A DNA stretch of 64,000 nucleotides. Origin: Scenedesmus sp. PABB004 (taxonomy: Eukaryota). The notes beneath the pieces were generated by a model, which did no database searches, was not told where the DNA came from, and saw only the letters and a program-made list of their open reading frames with translations. Where the stretch lies: positions 310,001 to 374,000 of the forward strand of contig CM026548.1 in assembly GCA_014905635.1 (NCBI GenBank), given 5' to 3'. Shown here piece by piece: positions 26,167 through 39,129 of the stretch. Made by a program: the position numbers and the translations under genes. The first letter of the stretch is position 1. Every line of letters begins with the position of its first letter.

Positions 26167-28774
26167 TCACCCCGCCGCGCCCGCGCCCGAGAGCTGCGGC
26201 TGCTGCTGCTCCGCCGGCTGCTGCGCCGCGCTCGCGCCGGCGTCATCTGCGCCAGCGCGCGTCGGCGGCGCGACGCGTGCGTCGGCGAGCGCGGAGAGCG
26301 CGCTCTCGAGCGCGAGCGCCCAGTGCGTCCAGTGTGTGCCGCCCTGACAGTACACCACAAACGGCGGCCGCAGCGGGCCGTCCGCGCTCAGCTCGGCAGT
26401 GCTGCCGTCGATGAACGTGCCATCGGCAAAGATGACCTCATCGCCGTAGCCCGCCGTCACACCTGGTCGGGGGTTCGTGAGAGGGGTTTGTGAGAGGCGT
26501 TCAGGGCTGTCGGTCGCGGCGCGGACGCGGGGCGCGGCCGCGCGCGCGTCGATGCTGCTGCTGCGGCCACGCCCGCGCGCACCCGGCTCGGGGCGGATGT
26601 AGCTGCCCACGGGGCACGCGAGCTGCACGCCGCGGCAGAACGCGGCCATGCCCTCGCGGCTGCCGAGCGTGACGGCGGTGATCATGCTCGGCGGCTGCGG
26701 CAGCGCGCCGCCTGGCAGCGGGCCGGGCGTGGCCGCGTAGCCGAGCCGGGTCATGACCTCGGCCACGAGCCGCCCGCCCTTGATCGCCTCGCCCGTCGTC
26801 TGCGGCGCCAGGAACAGGCCTGCGGCGCGGATGTCGGCGCGGCGCGGCCGTCGGCAGGCGGCGGCGGCGGCGGCGGCACGAGCACGTGCGCGGCTCGCCG
26901 CAGCCGGGGCGCGGCGCCGCTGCGAGCGGCGCACCCTGGAACAGCGTGCGCAGCGTGGAGCCCGGCACGCAGCCGGCGTCGGTGCCGATGCCGGGCGCCG
27001 CGAGCCGCGCGCCGACCGCGGCGACCAGGTCGGCGCGCCCCGCGACGTAGCCGCCGCCCGGCGCGAGCGTGCCGCCCGCGTTCTTGATCAGGCTGCCCAT
27101 CGCCAGGTCTGGGGCGAGAGGCAGCGGAGCAGCGCGGGGTCGGACGCGTCGAGCAGGCGCGGCAGGCGCCGCGCTGCGCTGGGCCTGCACGCGCGCGTGC
27201 GGCTCACCCGCGCCCACGGCCGGCGGCTCCAGCTCCTCCGTGAACTCCCCGTAGCAGTTGTCCACCAGCACCAGCACGCCGGGGTCCTGCGCCTTGATGA
27301 CCTGCCGGCGGGCGCAAGCAGGCATTGGCGGCACGCTGAGCCGCGCCGCCGGGCCGCTGCGCGGTCGGCGCGGCACGACAGGGCGGCGGCCAGCCCCCGC
27401 CCGCGCGCCGCCGCGCCCCGCCGGCCGCGCCCACCTGCACGGCGCGGCCGATCTGCTCGACCGTCAGCGTCGGCCGCAGCGCGTAGCCGCAGGAGCGCTG
27501 GATGTGCGCCACGCGCGTCTTTCCCGGCACGACCGCCGCCGCGAGACCCTCCCAGTCGATGCCGCCGTCGCCCGCCAGCGGCAGCTCCCTGCGCGGGAGA
27601 GCGTTCGCGTGTGGGCGTGGGGCGAGCGCCGCTCCGCGCCGGCGCCGCGCCCGCCGCGCGCGCCGCGCCGCCGCCGCGGGGCCCCGAAATGGATGGACAG
27701 GGCGGGGCGGCACCTGTATGTGATGCCCCACTCCATGAGGCTGCCGTGCCCCGGCGTGCCACGCAGGCCGATGACCTCCTCCATCGTGTCGTACGGCCTG
27801 CGGGCGCAGGGCGCGGGGTCGGGCGGGGTGGGGCGGGCGGCTGCGAGCCCCGGCCGCGCCGCGCGGGCGCGCCGGCGCGGCCGGCTATATGGCCCGTGGC
27901 TCGCCCGCCGCGCCGCCACGCACTTGCCGGCGACCGCGAGCATCTCGTCGCCGGGGCGCAGCGCCGCAAAGAGCCCCGCCGCGATGGCGTGCGTGCCCGA
28001 CATGAACTGGATGCGCACCAGCGCCGCCTCGGCGCCCATGACGTCAGCCATGACCTGCGGCGGCGCGGCGGGGTGGCAGCGCGGCGTCAGCACGGGGTGG
28101 CGGCGCCGACGGACTCAGGCAGGCAGGCCGGCCGGCGCCGCGCGTCTGCCGGCGGTGCGCGGCGCGGGCTCACGGTGTCGAGCGCCTCCCGGCCGAGGTC
28201 ACCGTGGCCGTAGCCGGTGGAGCCGGCAAAGTGGTGGGGCCCGACGCGCGCGCGGCGGAACGCCGCCTGCACGCGCGCGAGGTTGGCCGCGACGCGGCGG
28301 TCGACCGCCGCAAACAGCGGGCCCAGGTCCGCCGCCGCGGCCCAGACCTGCGGCGCGGCGCGGCGCACGGGGAGCTCGGGCCAGCCGGCACGGCAGCTGC
28401 CGGCGCCGGGCCAGGGGTGCAGCCAGCGGCCGCGGCCGCGCGTCCGGCGCCGCCGCCGCTGCGAGCGCGCGCCGCACCAGCTCGTGGGCACTCCCGGGCT
28501 GCTCCCGCTGCTGCTGGGCCGAGCTGCCGGCCGGCGACGGCGCGGCCTGCGAGCGCGGCGGCCCGCTGGCCACAGCAGCACCTGGCGCCGCCGCTGCGCC
28601 CTGCTGCTCACGCGGCGGGGGTGCGCCGCCGCTGGCCCACTTGCTGCGGTTGGCGGAGCGCGCCTCGCCCGCCGCCACGGCCAGCGCGGCGCGGCCCGGC
28701 CGGGCGGCGCGGCCGGCGGCTGCTGCCGCCGGGCGGCGCCGCTGTGCTGCGCCCAGCTGGCGCTGCGCCTGCAT
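26167..28774 (-). CDS. PLP-dependent YnbB / 'aluminium resistance' methionine gamma-lyase-family protein, probably plastid-targeted
   Basis: STGYGHGDLGREALD, QFMSGTHAI, QRSCGY, VDNCYGEF, GSLIKNAGG (PLP Lys), GTFIDGSTAELSADGPLR. Eight GT-AG introns. Arg/Ala-rich N-terminal extension. Confidence 0.92.
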
Positions 28775-29139
28775 CACGGAAATTCTCCACGCGGCCCGGG
28801 GGAACTGCCAGAGGCAGCGGCGGCGCCCAGGCGGCACTCGGCGGCACTCGGCGGCGCCCGCTGCTCGCGTCGCTCCACTGGGCGCGCTGCCGGTCGCGCG
28901 AGGGGTGCGTTTGGCGCGCCCGAGCTCGCGCGACAGCTGGGGTGACCCGGGGCCGCGCCGCGCTGCGGCGCGGAGCGACGACGACGCGTGACGCCGCGGC
29001 CGCGAACGCAGGGAACCCGCGCCGCGCCCCCAGGCACCCCCAGTCCGGCGCCCACGACCCACCCTCCCCAAGCCCCGCCGCCGACGCCCGCCAGCCGCGC
29101 ACACGCCCGCACCGCGCGCGACGACTCCCGGGCGCCGCA

Positions 29140-30478
29140 ATGCAGGCGCTGCGCGCGTACCAGCGCCGCCGCGCCGTCGGCCGGGTGCGGGGGCGCTGAT
29201 GTCGATCGCCGCACGCGCCGCGCGCCGCGTGCGCGCGCCGCCGCCCACGCACGCCGCCGCGGCCGCCGCCCGCGCGCGCCGCGCCGCGCCGCCACTCGCC
29301 ACAGGTCAAGGCGTCCGCGGGCGTCAAGCGCGGCCGCACGAGCGGCCGCCTCGCGGCGCGGCCGCGCGAGGCCGCCGCGGTGCACGGCCTGCTCGCCGAC
29401 GACGCGGCGCCGAGCCTCGCCGTGTGGCTGATGTACGAGGAGGCCGCCGCGTTTGAGGGGATGCTCATCGAGCTGCGCGCGCAGCTGGAGGAGGTCGGCG
29501 ACGCGACCGACGGTGAGCCGGCGGCGGCGGGTTAACCCGTTGGTGCCGCCTGCTGCGCGGCGGCCCGCGCGCCCGCCCGCCGCCTGCCCGCCGCGCGTGC
29601 CCTCACCCCCGCCGCCGCCGCGCCTGCGCCCCGCGTGTGCCTCGTGCAGACTTCCTGGAGCGCCTGCAGCCCATGCTGCGCGCGCCGCTGCCGCGCGTGT
29701 GGGACGCGGTCGAGGGCGGGCTGGCGGAGCCGACGCGCGCCACGATCAGCCACCGCCACGCGCACACCGTCGGCGGCGACGCGAGCGTCGCGGGCCTTGA
29801 GGAGGCGCGCGCGGAGATGCGCGGCCGCCTGCACGCCCAGCTGCTGCACCCGCTCGAGCAGTGGTCCGAGGCGCTCGCGACCGCCGAGGTGGTCGGCGGG
29901 CCGCGGCCGGGCGGCGCATGCACGCAGGCCACCGCCGCCGCCGCCGCGCGCGCCGCCGCCTTGCTTCCCTGCGCGCACCGACCGCCGCCGCCGCCGCCGC
30001 GCGCCGCCGCCGCCGCAGGCGCGCCTGCCCGAGCTCAACCGTCTGCGCGCCCAAGTGATCAAGCAGAGCCGCGGCGTGGCGCGCGCGAGCGACGCCTTCA
30101 AGCGCAAGGAGCGCCACGGCGGCCCGCGCGAGCCCGGCGGCGCGGGCGCGATCGTCTCCGCGTCGCGCCGGCCCGCGGGCATGCGGTGCGGCCCGCCGCG
30201 CGGGAGAGCGCGCGCGCGCGCTCGCTCAGGCGGGGCGCTGCCGCGCCGCGCGTGTGCGTGCCAAACCCGCACCGCCGCCGCCGGCGGCGGCGCGCCAGGG
30301 GCCTGCTCGGCGCGTGCGCGCGCCCGCGCGCCGGCGCGGGCCGGCGCCGCGGCGGCGCGGCGGCCGGCGGCGACTACGGCGACGAGGCCTCCAGCAGCGA
30401 CGAGTCGTCGGTGGAGAGCGAGGTGCAGCGCCAGGTGGCGAGCGAGGAGGCCGGCATGAAGGTGGGTTTGCTGTGGCG

Positions 30479-30509
<31 letters not shown>

Positions 30510-32435
30510 GGGGGACCTGCCAGGGGGGACGGCGCCCCCGGCTGACGCCGGGCCGCGCCGCGCCCTCTCTCAGTCGCGCCCCGCACCCGCCCGCCGTGCC
30601 GCAGCTCAACTTCAGGCACCGCAAGCTCATGGGTGGGCGGGCAGGGCGCGGCAGCTGTCGTCAGCACGCGCACGCGCGTGCTGCGCACCTCGCGCGCTGG
30701 ACCGACGCCCGCGCCGCCGCGCCCGCACCGCCGCGCCTGCGCTTGCCACAGCCGCGCGCGGCGACTACGCCGCGCTGGAGGGCCTGCTCACGGAGGAGCT
30801 CGCCGGCCTCGCGCGCGACGCGGCCTGGCTGAAGAGCTACATGGTCGCCGCGCTCAACCTCGGCAAGGAGGCCATGCAGGCGCGCCGCGCCTGGCCCATG
30901 GGCGCGCGCGGCCTCGCCACGCCGGCCGCGCCGCGCCGCTGCCCGCCGCGCTGCTGCCTGCCACGCGCCGCGCCGCGCGCCGCCGCCCGAGCCCCGCCCC
31001 GCCGCGCCGCGGCGCGCCGCGCAGATGGCGGTGGTGAGCCTCGGCAACACCAAGCAGCCGCTGCCGGGCTTTGCCGACCGCGCCGACGTGCGCCTGCCGG
31101 CGCACGAGCACGGCGTGCTGCGGGACAACATAGCCCTCGTCGCGGGCCTGCCGCCGGTGAGCCCTGGGGCGCGTGGCGCGCGCGCGTGGGGTTGCGACAG
31201 GCCACGCGCGCCGAGCAGGGGGAGGAGGCTCCGAGGCACGCGCGCGGCCGGCCCACCCGCGCGCGCTGCCGCCGCCGCGCAGCACCTGGGCCTGCCGCAG
31301 CACCTGCGCGGGCGCGAGGCCGGCGCGCGCGGCGCCGGCGCCGCGCTGCTGCCGACGGCGGGCGTGCACGCGCACCGCGCGACCGCGGCGCCCATGGAGC
31401 TCGCGGCGCGCCCCGGCGCGGCCGCGCTGGACTGGGTCGGCCCCGCGCCGCGCGGCGCGAGCGAGGTGCCGCTGTCGGCGGTCGAGGCCGCGGGGCTCGC
31501 GCCCGCCGGCGCGGCCGCCGCCGCCGGCAGCGGCGCGCGCGGCAGCGAGGCGATCGCGCCGCCCGGCCGCGTGCTGGGCGGCGCCGGCGGCGAGGGCCCC
31601 GCGCAGGCGGGGCCGGGCGCGTTCGGCGAGCTCAGGCAGGCCGTCGCCGCGGGCGAGGCCATGCCGGCGGCCGGCGGCGACGCCCTGGCGGGCGGCAGCG
31701 CGGGCGCGCGCCGCCCCGTGCTCGGCGGCCGCCGCGACGTGGGCGGCAGCTACGAGGGCCGCGAGGCCGGCGCGGCCGAGCACGGGCGCGTCGCCGGCTG
31801 GGAGGCGACGCGCGGCCGCGGCGGCGGCGGCGGCGTGGTTGGCGCGATCACCGGCGCCGCGGCGGCCGCGGGCGACGCGCTCGGCCTGACTGGCGGCGCC
31901 GGCCGCGACCGCGCCGCCGGCGGGCCTGGGTGGGAGACGCGCAGCGGCGCCGCCGGCCTCGCCATGGCCGCGGGCGGCGAGGAGGTGTGCGGGCGGCGCG
32001 AGTTCACAGAGGTGGAGGACCGGCCCGTGGTGGTCGAGCGCGTGACACGCGTGGTGGAGCACCAGCCGGTGGAGAAGCGCTTCGAGACCACCGTGCGGTG
32101 AGCAGCGCGGCGCGCGGGGCGGGGCGCGCGGGGCCGAACGTTCAGGCGCCCGCCCGGGCGCCAGGCTGCGGGCGCCGGCCGCGCCCAGCTGACGCGCGGC
32201 ACGCGCCGCGCCGCCGCCCGCGCGCCTGTCGCGCCGCAGGTTTGTGGGCGAGCAGGCGCTGCCCGGCGGCGGCGCAGAGGTGCTGGGCCCCGGCGAGACG
32301 CGCGTGGTGTCGGCCGCGGCGCCCGGGCCCAAGTGCCCCGCCGGCGTGTGCGGCCCCGACGCCGCGTGCACGCACCAGGAGGGCCTGCAGGCAGGCGCGG
32401 CCGCGGGCGCGCCGCTCGGCGTGGCGGCGATGTGA
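29140..32435 (+). CDS. Hypothetical protein: helical BAR-like region plus compact C-terminal motif
   Basis: Eight introns join a coherent protein (GC-AG 30880-31024): LRAPLPRVWD, RLHAQLLHPLEQW, LARDAAWLKSY, and C-terminal EEVCGRREFTEVEDRPVVVERV. Frame break at about 30120-30340. The BAR call is inference. Confidence 0.65.
30479..30506 (+). repeat. (GT)n microsatellite at an intron 5' end
   Basis: Seen directly. Confidence 0.9.
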
Positions 32436-32547
32436 GGCGGCGGCGGTGTGAGGCCTTGCGGCGGCGGCGCGTTGCGCAGACGAGTTGGCGAGTTGCCGTT
32501 GGCCGCGCTGCTGCGGCGCGCGAGCAACCAGACCAGGCAACGAGCAG

Positions 32548-32552
32548 TTACA
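32548..32552 (-). terminator. TGTAA polyadenylation signal (Mak21 gene)
   Basis: TTACA on the plus strand about 30 nt beyond the stop at 32581. Confidence 0.55.
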
Positions 32553-32580
32553 GCCGAGCGCCGGCCTGCGCCGCCGCCCG

Positions 32581-35500
32581 TCACCGCCGCGCGCGCTTCT
32601 GCTGCTGCTTCTGCTGCGGCCGCGGCCGCCGCCGCGCGGCGCCGCCGCCGGCCGCCGCGTCGGCCGCCTCCGCCTCGGCCGCGGTCGCCGCGAGCTTGTC
32701 CCACTCCTGGAAAAACTCGGAGTAGCCCTCAGCCGCCGCAAACAGCCCGCCGCCGCCGGCGCCGCCGCCGCGCTTGCGCTTGGGCTGCGGCGGCTGCTGC
32801 TGCCGGCCCTTGGCCTTGCCCCTGCCGCCCGCCGGCGCGCCGCCGTCGTCGTCCTCCTCCTCCTCCTCCTCGTCGCTGCTGCCGCCTCTGCCGTCGCTGC
32901 CGCCGGGCAGCATCTCGGCGGCCTCGTCGTCCTCGCTGGCGCTGCCGCCGATGATGTCGCCGAGGTCCAGCTCGAGGTCAGACTCCTCCTGCGCCGCCTC
33001 CTGCGCCGCCTCCTGCGCCGCCTCCTGCTGCTGCTGCTGCTGCTGCTTCTGCTTCTTGCGGCCCGCCTGCTGCGCGCCGGCGCCGTCCTCGCTGCTTCCC
33101 GGGCTGGCGAGGTCAAAGGGGTTGACCGCCTCCAGCTCGGCGTCGCCTGCGGGGGCGCCCTTGCGCTTCTTCTTGCCGCCGCCGGCCGCGTCGGCGCCCT
33201 CCAGCATCACCCAGCCCTCGCCGTCGCTGTCGCTGTCGGAGTCGTCGCCGTCGCCGCTGCTGCTGCCGCCGCCGGGCTCCTCGTCGCTGCTGCCGAGCGC
33301 CTCGCTGCCGCTGCCGCTGCCGGGCTCCTCGCCCTCCTCCTCCTCCTCCTCCTCCTCCGACTCGGCCGCCTCCTCCTCCTCCTCCTCCTGCTCGCTGTCG
33401 CCGGGCGCGCCCTCGCTCCCGCTGCCGCTGCCGCTGCCGTCGCCGCCGTCGCCGTCGCTGCCGCTGCCGCTGCCGTCGCCGCCGGCCATCGCCTCGAGCA
33501 GCTGCTCATAGTCCCAGCCCACGTCGGGGTCGCCAAGCTCGTCGTCGCCCACGCCCTCGGCCGCCGCGAGCGCGCGGTCCACCTCGCGCTCGTCCAGCTC
33601 GTCGTCGCTCGGCACGCGCCCCGCGTCAAACTCGCCGCCGTCGTCGTCGTCGCCGCCGTCCGCCTCGAGCCCGGCGAGGCCGCCGAGGCCAGCCGCCGCG
33701 GACGACGCGGCGCGCGAGCGGCGCGCCGCGGCCGCCGCGGCGCGGGCCTTGACGCTCTGGAGGTTGAAGAAGCGGTGAAAGAACAGCTGGTCCGCCGAGA
33801 CGTCGGCCTCAGCGAGCGCCGAAAACGCGGCGCCGCCGAGCGCCGCGACGTCGGGCCGCGCCGCGTCGGCCGCGGCCGCGGCGCTGCCCGCGCCGATCGC
33901 GGCCGCCGCGAGGCCGGCCGCCGGCTGCATGAGGCTCGAGCCGCGCGGCGCCGCCTGCGCAGCAGCGCATGGCGCAGCGCGGCGGGCGGGGCGGGCGGGG
34001 CGTGGGTGGGCGTGCTGCGCGCGCCGCAGGCGTGCAGCCCTTGCGCGCCCTGCACTCTTGTGCGCTCTGCAACCCTTGCCCTTCTGATCTGACACTGAGC
34101 CCCTGTGGCCTCACCTTTGGCTTCTTGGCCACAAACTTGTCCAGGAAGGCAGGCAGCCCCAGGTCGCGCAGCGGGTCGCCGCCATACTCAATCGGCGCGC
34201 CCGCGAGCAGCGACCGCGCAAATGCGGCGACGCTCGGGTGGCTGTGCCGCGACAGCAGCGACAGCTCCCACCAGCAGCTCGTCTCCGCCAGGGCGTAGAG
34301 CGGCTCGCTGCGGCGGCGGGCGCGGCGCGGCGCGGCGGGGGCGGCGGCGGGCGCAGCGGCGAGGGGCGCGATGAGCAAGGCAGCGCAGCAGGATGAGCAC
34401 AGCAGCGGCGCGATGAGCACGGCAGCGGCGCGATGAGCGCGGCGCTCCCAGCCCAGCCTCACCGCTTGCGCATGTCGTAGTAGCCCTCGCGCGGCCACTG
34501 CGCGTCGCCCGGCGGCGGCGCGGGCTCGCCCGCGGCGGGCGCGGCGCGCGCCTTGGCGGCGCCGCCGCGGCGCGGCGGCGCGGCGGGCACGCCGTTGGCG
34601 GCGGCCGGGCGCGCCGGCGGCGCGCCATCGTCGTCCGAGTCGGGCGCGTCCCGAAACACCTCCTCCTCGCTGTCGCTGCCGCCGCCCGCGGCCGCGGCGC
34701 CGCCGCCGCCGGCCTCGCTGTCGCCGGGCGCGTCGGCAAAGGCCTCGCCGCCCGCGGCGTCCTCGGGCTGCTGCAGCGCCGCCCAGAGCGCGGGCTGGCC
34801 GCGCAGGACCTCGCTCAGGACCAGCAGCGCGCCGGCAGCCCAGTTGGAGGGCGCGTGGCAGGCGACCTGCGCGGCGCCGAGGCGGCGCGCGGGCGTCGGC
34901 CGCCGCGCTGCGCCCGCGGCGTGCCCGCCGGGAGCCAGGGCGGCCCTGCAGCCGAGCTGCGGACGCCGCGCTGCACACGCACCTGCAGCAGGCGCTTGGC
35001 GAACGCGGCGACGCGCTTGACGCTCACGTCGCCGCGCATCGACTTGACCAGCAGCGACAGGAACTGCGGCGCGCGCGCGCCTGGCGGCAGCGGCAGGGTT
35101 GATGGAGGCAGGCCGCCGCGCCGCGCTGCGTGGTGGGCGGCCGGCGAGAGCGGGCCGCGCCGCCGCCGCGCTGCGCCGCGCCGCGCCGCGCCGCGCCGCA
35201 CCCGCCGCGCCGCGCGCGCCCTCGGTGAGCAGCACTGCGTAGAGGGCGCGATAGAAGCGCTCGCTCACCGCCCCGCGCCCCGACAGCAGCTGGTGCATCA
35301 GCATCAGCGCCTGCGCGCCGACAGCGCGGTGTCAGCGGCCGCGGCGGCGGGGCGGCGTCAGCAGCCGCGGCGGCGGTGGCGGCGCGGCACCACGGCGGCA
35401 GCGGCGGCGCCGGGCGTCACCTGGAGGCCGACGGTGAATGGCGCGGTGTGCACCAGCTTGAACAGCTGCTCCCCGTGCGAGTCGACGAGCGGCTCGACCT

Positions 35501-38062
35501 GCGCGGCACCGCGCGGCGCGGCGCCGCGCTGAGCCCGCGCGCGCAGCGCAGCGGGCGGCCCGGCGCGCGGCCACACGGCGGGGGGCCACGGGGCTGGCAG
35601 CGCCGCTCTGAGTGCCGCCCACCTGCTCCGCGTCCACGTAGGGGAAGGCGCGGCGCACGCCGGTGATGAGCGCGCTCAGCATGCGCGCGTCCAGCTCGCC
35701 CGCGTCCGCCGCCGGCTCGCCGTCGCCCTCGTCGTCCGCGCCGGCGTCGCCGCCGCCGCGCCCGCGGCCGCGCCCGCCGCCGCGCCCGCCGCGCCCGCCG
35801 GCGCCGCGGCCGCCGCCGCGCGCGCCGCCGCCACCGCCGCGGCCGCGCCGCGCCGCCGCCGCGGCCGCGGCGGCCGCGTCGCGGCGCGCGGCGGCGTTGC
35901 CGAGCTTTCCCTGCATGAGCAGGCGGAAGAGGCTGAAGTATATGTCCACCAGCTTGGCCGCGAGGCCCGGCCCGCCCTCGCCCTCGCGGTGGCTGAGCGG
36001 CAGCTGGTTGAGGAAGGTCACCGCGTAGTAGCGCGCGCGCTCGGCCAGGCCCGGGCGGAACACAAAGCGCTCGACCTGCGCGGCGCGCGCGCGGCCGGGC
36101 GCGGCGGCGAGGCGGCGGCGGCGGTGGCGGAAGGTCGGAGGCCGGGCGGGGCGGCGAGGCGCGGCGCGGCGGCCGGCGCGACGCGTGGCGCGTGACACGC
36201 CTCGCGCACGACGACGGGCTTCATCGCCGGGTGCTCGAGCAGCAGCGAGGACAGCAGGTACGCGGCGTCGCTCGCGAGCTTGCGGCTCGGGTCGCCGAGC
36301 TTGTTGACGAGCGCGGCCAGCAGCGCGGCCTCGCCCTCGGGCTTGGCCGCCAGCAGCGCCGCGATGGCCTTGGTCGCGCGCTCCTTGATGAAGTCGAGGT
36401 TGTCGGTGCTGCGCGCAGGGTTGGCAGGGTTTACAGCAGGGTTTACAGCAGGGTTCAACAGTTGGGACGGGGCGTGCGGGGCGATGGGGACGGGGGACGC
36501 GTGTGGCCGCCAGCGCGGCGCGCGCAGGGCGGCGGTCCCTGAGCGAGCCGGCCACGCCGCCGCTGCCGAGCAGCAGCCGCGCGCGGGACGGCGGCGGGCG
36601 CGCGCGCGCACCTGCACTTTTCGAGCAGGGTGACGTACTGCCTGTACCGCGCCTTGACCGCGTCCTCGACCGCCCACAGCAGCAGGCAGCGCTCGCCGTC
36701 CTTGCCCGCCGGCAGCGCCTGCGCGCGCCGCGCGCGGCCAGCGGACGCGCCCGCGGGCTGGGCGCGGGGCGCCGCACGGCGCCACGCGGCGCGAGGCGGG
36801 GCGCGCGGGGCGCGGCGCCGCCGCGCGCGACGCGCCGCCGCACCTGCAGCGGCTGCTGCTCCAGCACGCGCAGCTTGCGATCCGGCAGCAGCGCCGTGAG
36901 GAACAGCTCCTGTGTGTGCACGCGGCGCACGCGGCGGCGGCGGCGGCGGCGGCGGGGCGTGAGGCTCCGCGCACAGGGGGCCGGCCGCCTTTCGCAACCC
37001 CTGGTGCTGCGCGGCGGGCGCCACGCCGCGGCCGCGCAGCGCGGCGCGGCGGTCCGCGCCTGCAGCGCCTCCATCGCCGCGACCACGAGCTGCCGCCCGC
37101 CGCCGCTCTTGGCCATCATTCCCAGCAGCCCGTCCAGGCTGCGCACGTTGGCCGTCGCGCTGCTGCTGACGAGCAGGGCCATCGCGGCGACCTTGTCGGC
37201 GGTCGTGCCGCTGCGGCGCACCTGCGCGAGCCAGCGCGCGTCCGCGGCGTTGCGGCCCGCCATCTCGCGCTCGTACAGCGCCGCCTCGCGCTCCAGCAGC
37301 GCCTCCGCGCGGCCGCGCAGCGCCTCGGCCGCCTCCTCGCTCAGCGGCGGCGCGCCGCCCGGCCGCGGCGCCGGCAGGCCCGCCGCGGCCTCGTGCCACA
37401 CGGCCGGCTCGTCGCGGCCCAGCAGGGAGCGGCCACGCGCCTCGCCTGCGTGCGCGCGTGTGTGCGTGCGTGTGTGTGTGGGGGGGGGGGGGGCAGGGAG
37501 GTGCAGCGCGGCGGGCGGCGCGCCGCAGCGGGCGGCACCGGCGACGGCCGCGGCTGCTGCTGCCAGGTCGAGCCGCCGCCCCGCGCGCCTCACCTGGGCG
37601 CGGGCCCACGCTCTCGGTCCAGGTGCGGCTCCGCACGACGTCCAGGTTCTGCTCCTGCTTGCTCAGGGGCTCCGCCGCCGCCGCCGCAGCCGCCAGCTGC
37701 TGCTGCTGCCGCCGGCCGCCCTTCTGCTGCTGCGCCGCCGGCTGCTGCTGGCCACCTGGCAGCTGCTGCTGCTGCTGCTTGGCATGCTGCTGCTGCGCCG
37801 CCCGGCCGGCAGCCTTGCCGGCGGCGGCGCCGGCCGGCGCGCCGTCGAGCTGAGCGCGGCCGCCGGGGCCCGCCTTGGCTGCCTTGGCCGCCTTGCCGCC
37901 TGCCGCGGTGCGGACCGCCTTCTCCGGCGCGAAGTCGTCGTAGTCGAAGGCGCCGCCGGACGCGGGGAAGCCCAGGCTCGACGCGAACGCGGCCACCTCG
38001 GCGCGCAGCGCGGCGCCGTCCTCCGCGGGCGCCCCGTCGGGCTTGGCGCGTTCTTTACCCAT
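32581..38062 (-). CDS. MAK21: CBF/Mak21 family ribosome-biogenesis factor (Noc1/CEBPZ)
   Basis: SGTTADKVAA, KPEGEAALLAALVNKLGDP, HPAMKPVVVREVERF, RAFPY, RFYRALY, YDMRKREPLYA, HSHPSV, DPLRDL..FLDKFV, then an acidic tail. Eleven introns, three with GC donors. Confidence 0.95.
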
Positions 38063-38395
38063 GATGGCGAACGCGCTACGCGACCGTGTGCGCGCCCGGG
38101 CGGCGCGGCGTCGCCTGGCGCGGCAGCAGGGCGCACCGCTGGGAGTTTGCTGCGCCCTGCGCCCTCGCGCCGGCCGCCCCGACCCCCGCGCCCTCTCCAG
38201 TCGTGCGCCACCACTACGCCGCGCCATACAAGCTCCCGTAGCGCGAGCGACAGCGCCACCGGCAGCAGCGGCGGCAGCAGCAGCGGCAGCACGCCGCGCC
38301 GCGCAGCCCGCGCCAGCCCCGCCCGCCGCCCGCGCGCGCCCAGCCCACGACCGCGTGGGCGCCGCCAGATCGCGCAGCGGGCCGTCGCTGCGGCC

Positions 38396-38736
38396 ATGTC
38401 GCTGCGGACGCGGGCGAGCAGCTTCCTGGCGGGCTTTGCCGTCGCGGGCGGCGCCGCGTTCTACCAGCTTCACCGCGACCTCACCTCCAGCAGCGAGTAC
38501 CTCGCCGCGCAGGTGTGTGAGGCGGGGAGCGCGGCACTGCGCGCGATCGGGCGCCCGATGATCGGCGGCGCGCGAGAGCAGCGGCGCACGCCGCCCGCAC
38601 GCAGGCGCGCGAGGCGCGTGAGGTGCTGGAGGGGCGCGTCGCCGCGCTGGAGGCGATCGTGGCGGGCATGCAGCCCGCGGTCAGCGCGGCGGTCGCGGCG
38701 GCCAAGGAGGACACGCCGCTCGAGGACGCGAGCTGA
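38396..38736 (+). CDS. Small single-TM protein with coiled coil (uncharacterised, possibly mitochondrial)
   Basis: MSLRTRASSFLAGFAVAGGAAFYQLHRD..AQ|AREAREVLEGRVAALE. GT-AG intron 38513-38604. TGTAA at 38899-38903. Confidence 0.75.
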
Positions 38737-38741
38737 CGCGC

Positions 38742-38769
38742 GGGGGGGGGGGGGGGGGGGGGGGGGGGG
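38742..38769 (+). repeat. Poly-G tract (about 28 nt) just after the stop codon
   Basis: Seen directly; length is unreliable. Confidence 0.85.
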
Positions 38770-39129
38770 CGAGCGGCGGCGGCGGGCGAGCGGCCAGCAG
38801 CCGACCGAGCGGCGGCGGCGGGCGGCGCCTGGCCTGGCAGAGCCTTGGGCGGCGCAGCAGCGCATGCGACTGGTCGCGTGCACGCATCTGTGAGCGACTG
38901 TAACCAGCAGACCGCTGCCCGCCGGCCCGTCGCAGGGCCGGCACGCCGCTCGCGAGCGCAGACGCCCGCCAGAGAACTGCACGCTGGGTAATGTACACGC
39001 AGCTGCTGCGCCGGTGCGGCCGAATGTGCCCGGCGCCCGCCTGCCCGCCGCGGCGCCTGCCGCCGCCCCGCCCGCTGCGCCGCGCACGTGCGCGGGGCGC
39101 GCGGGGCGTGGAGGGCTGCTCCGCCCACG

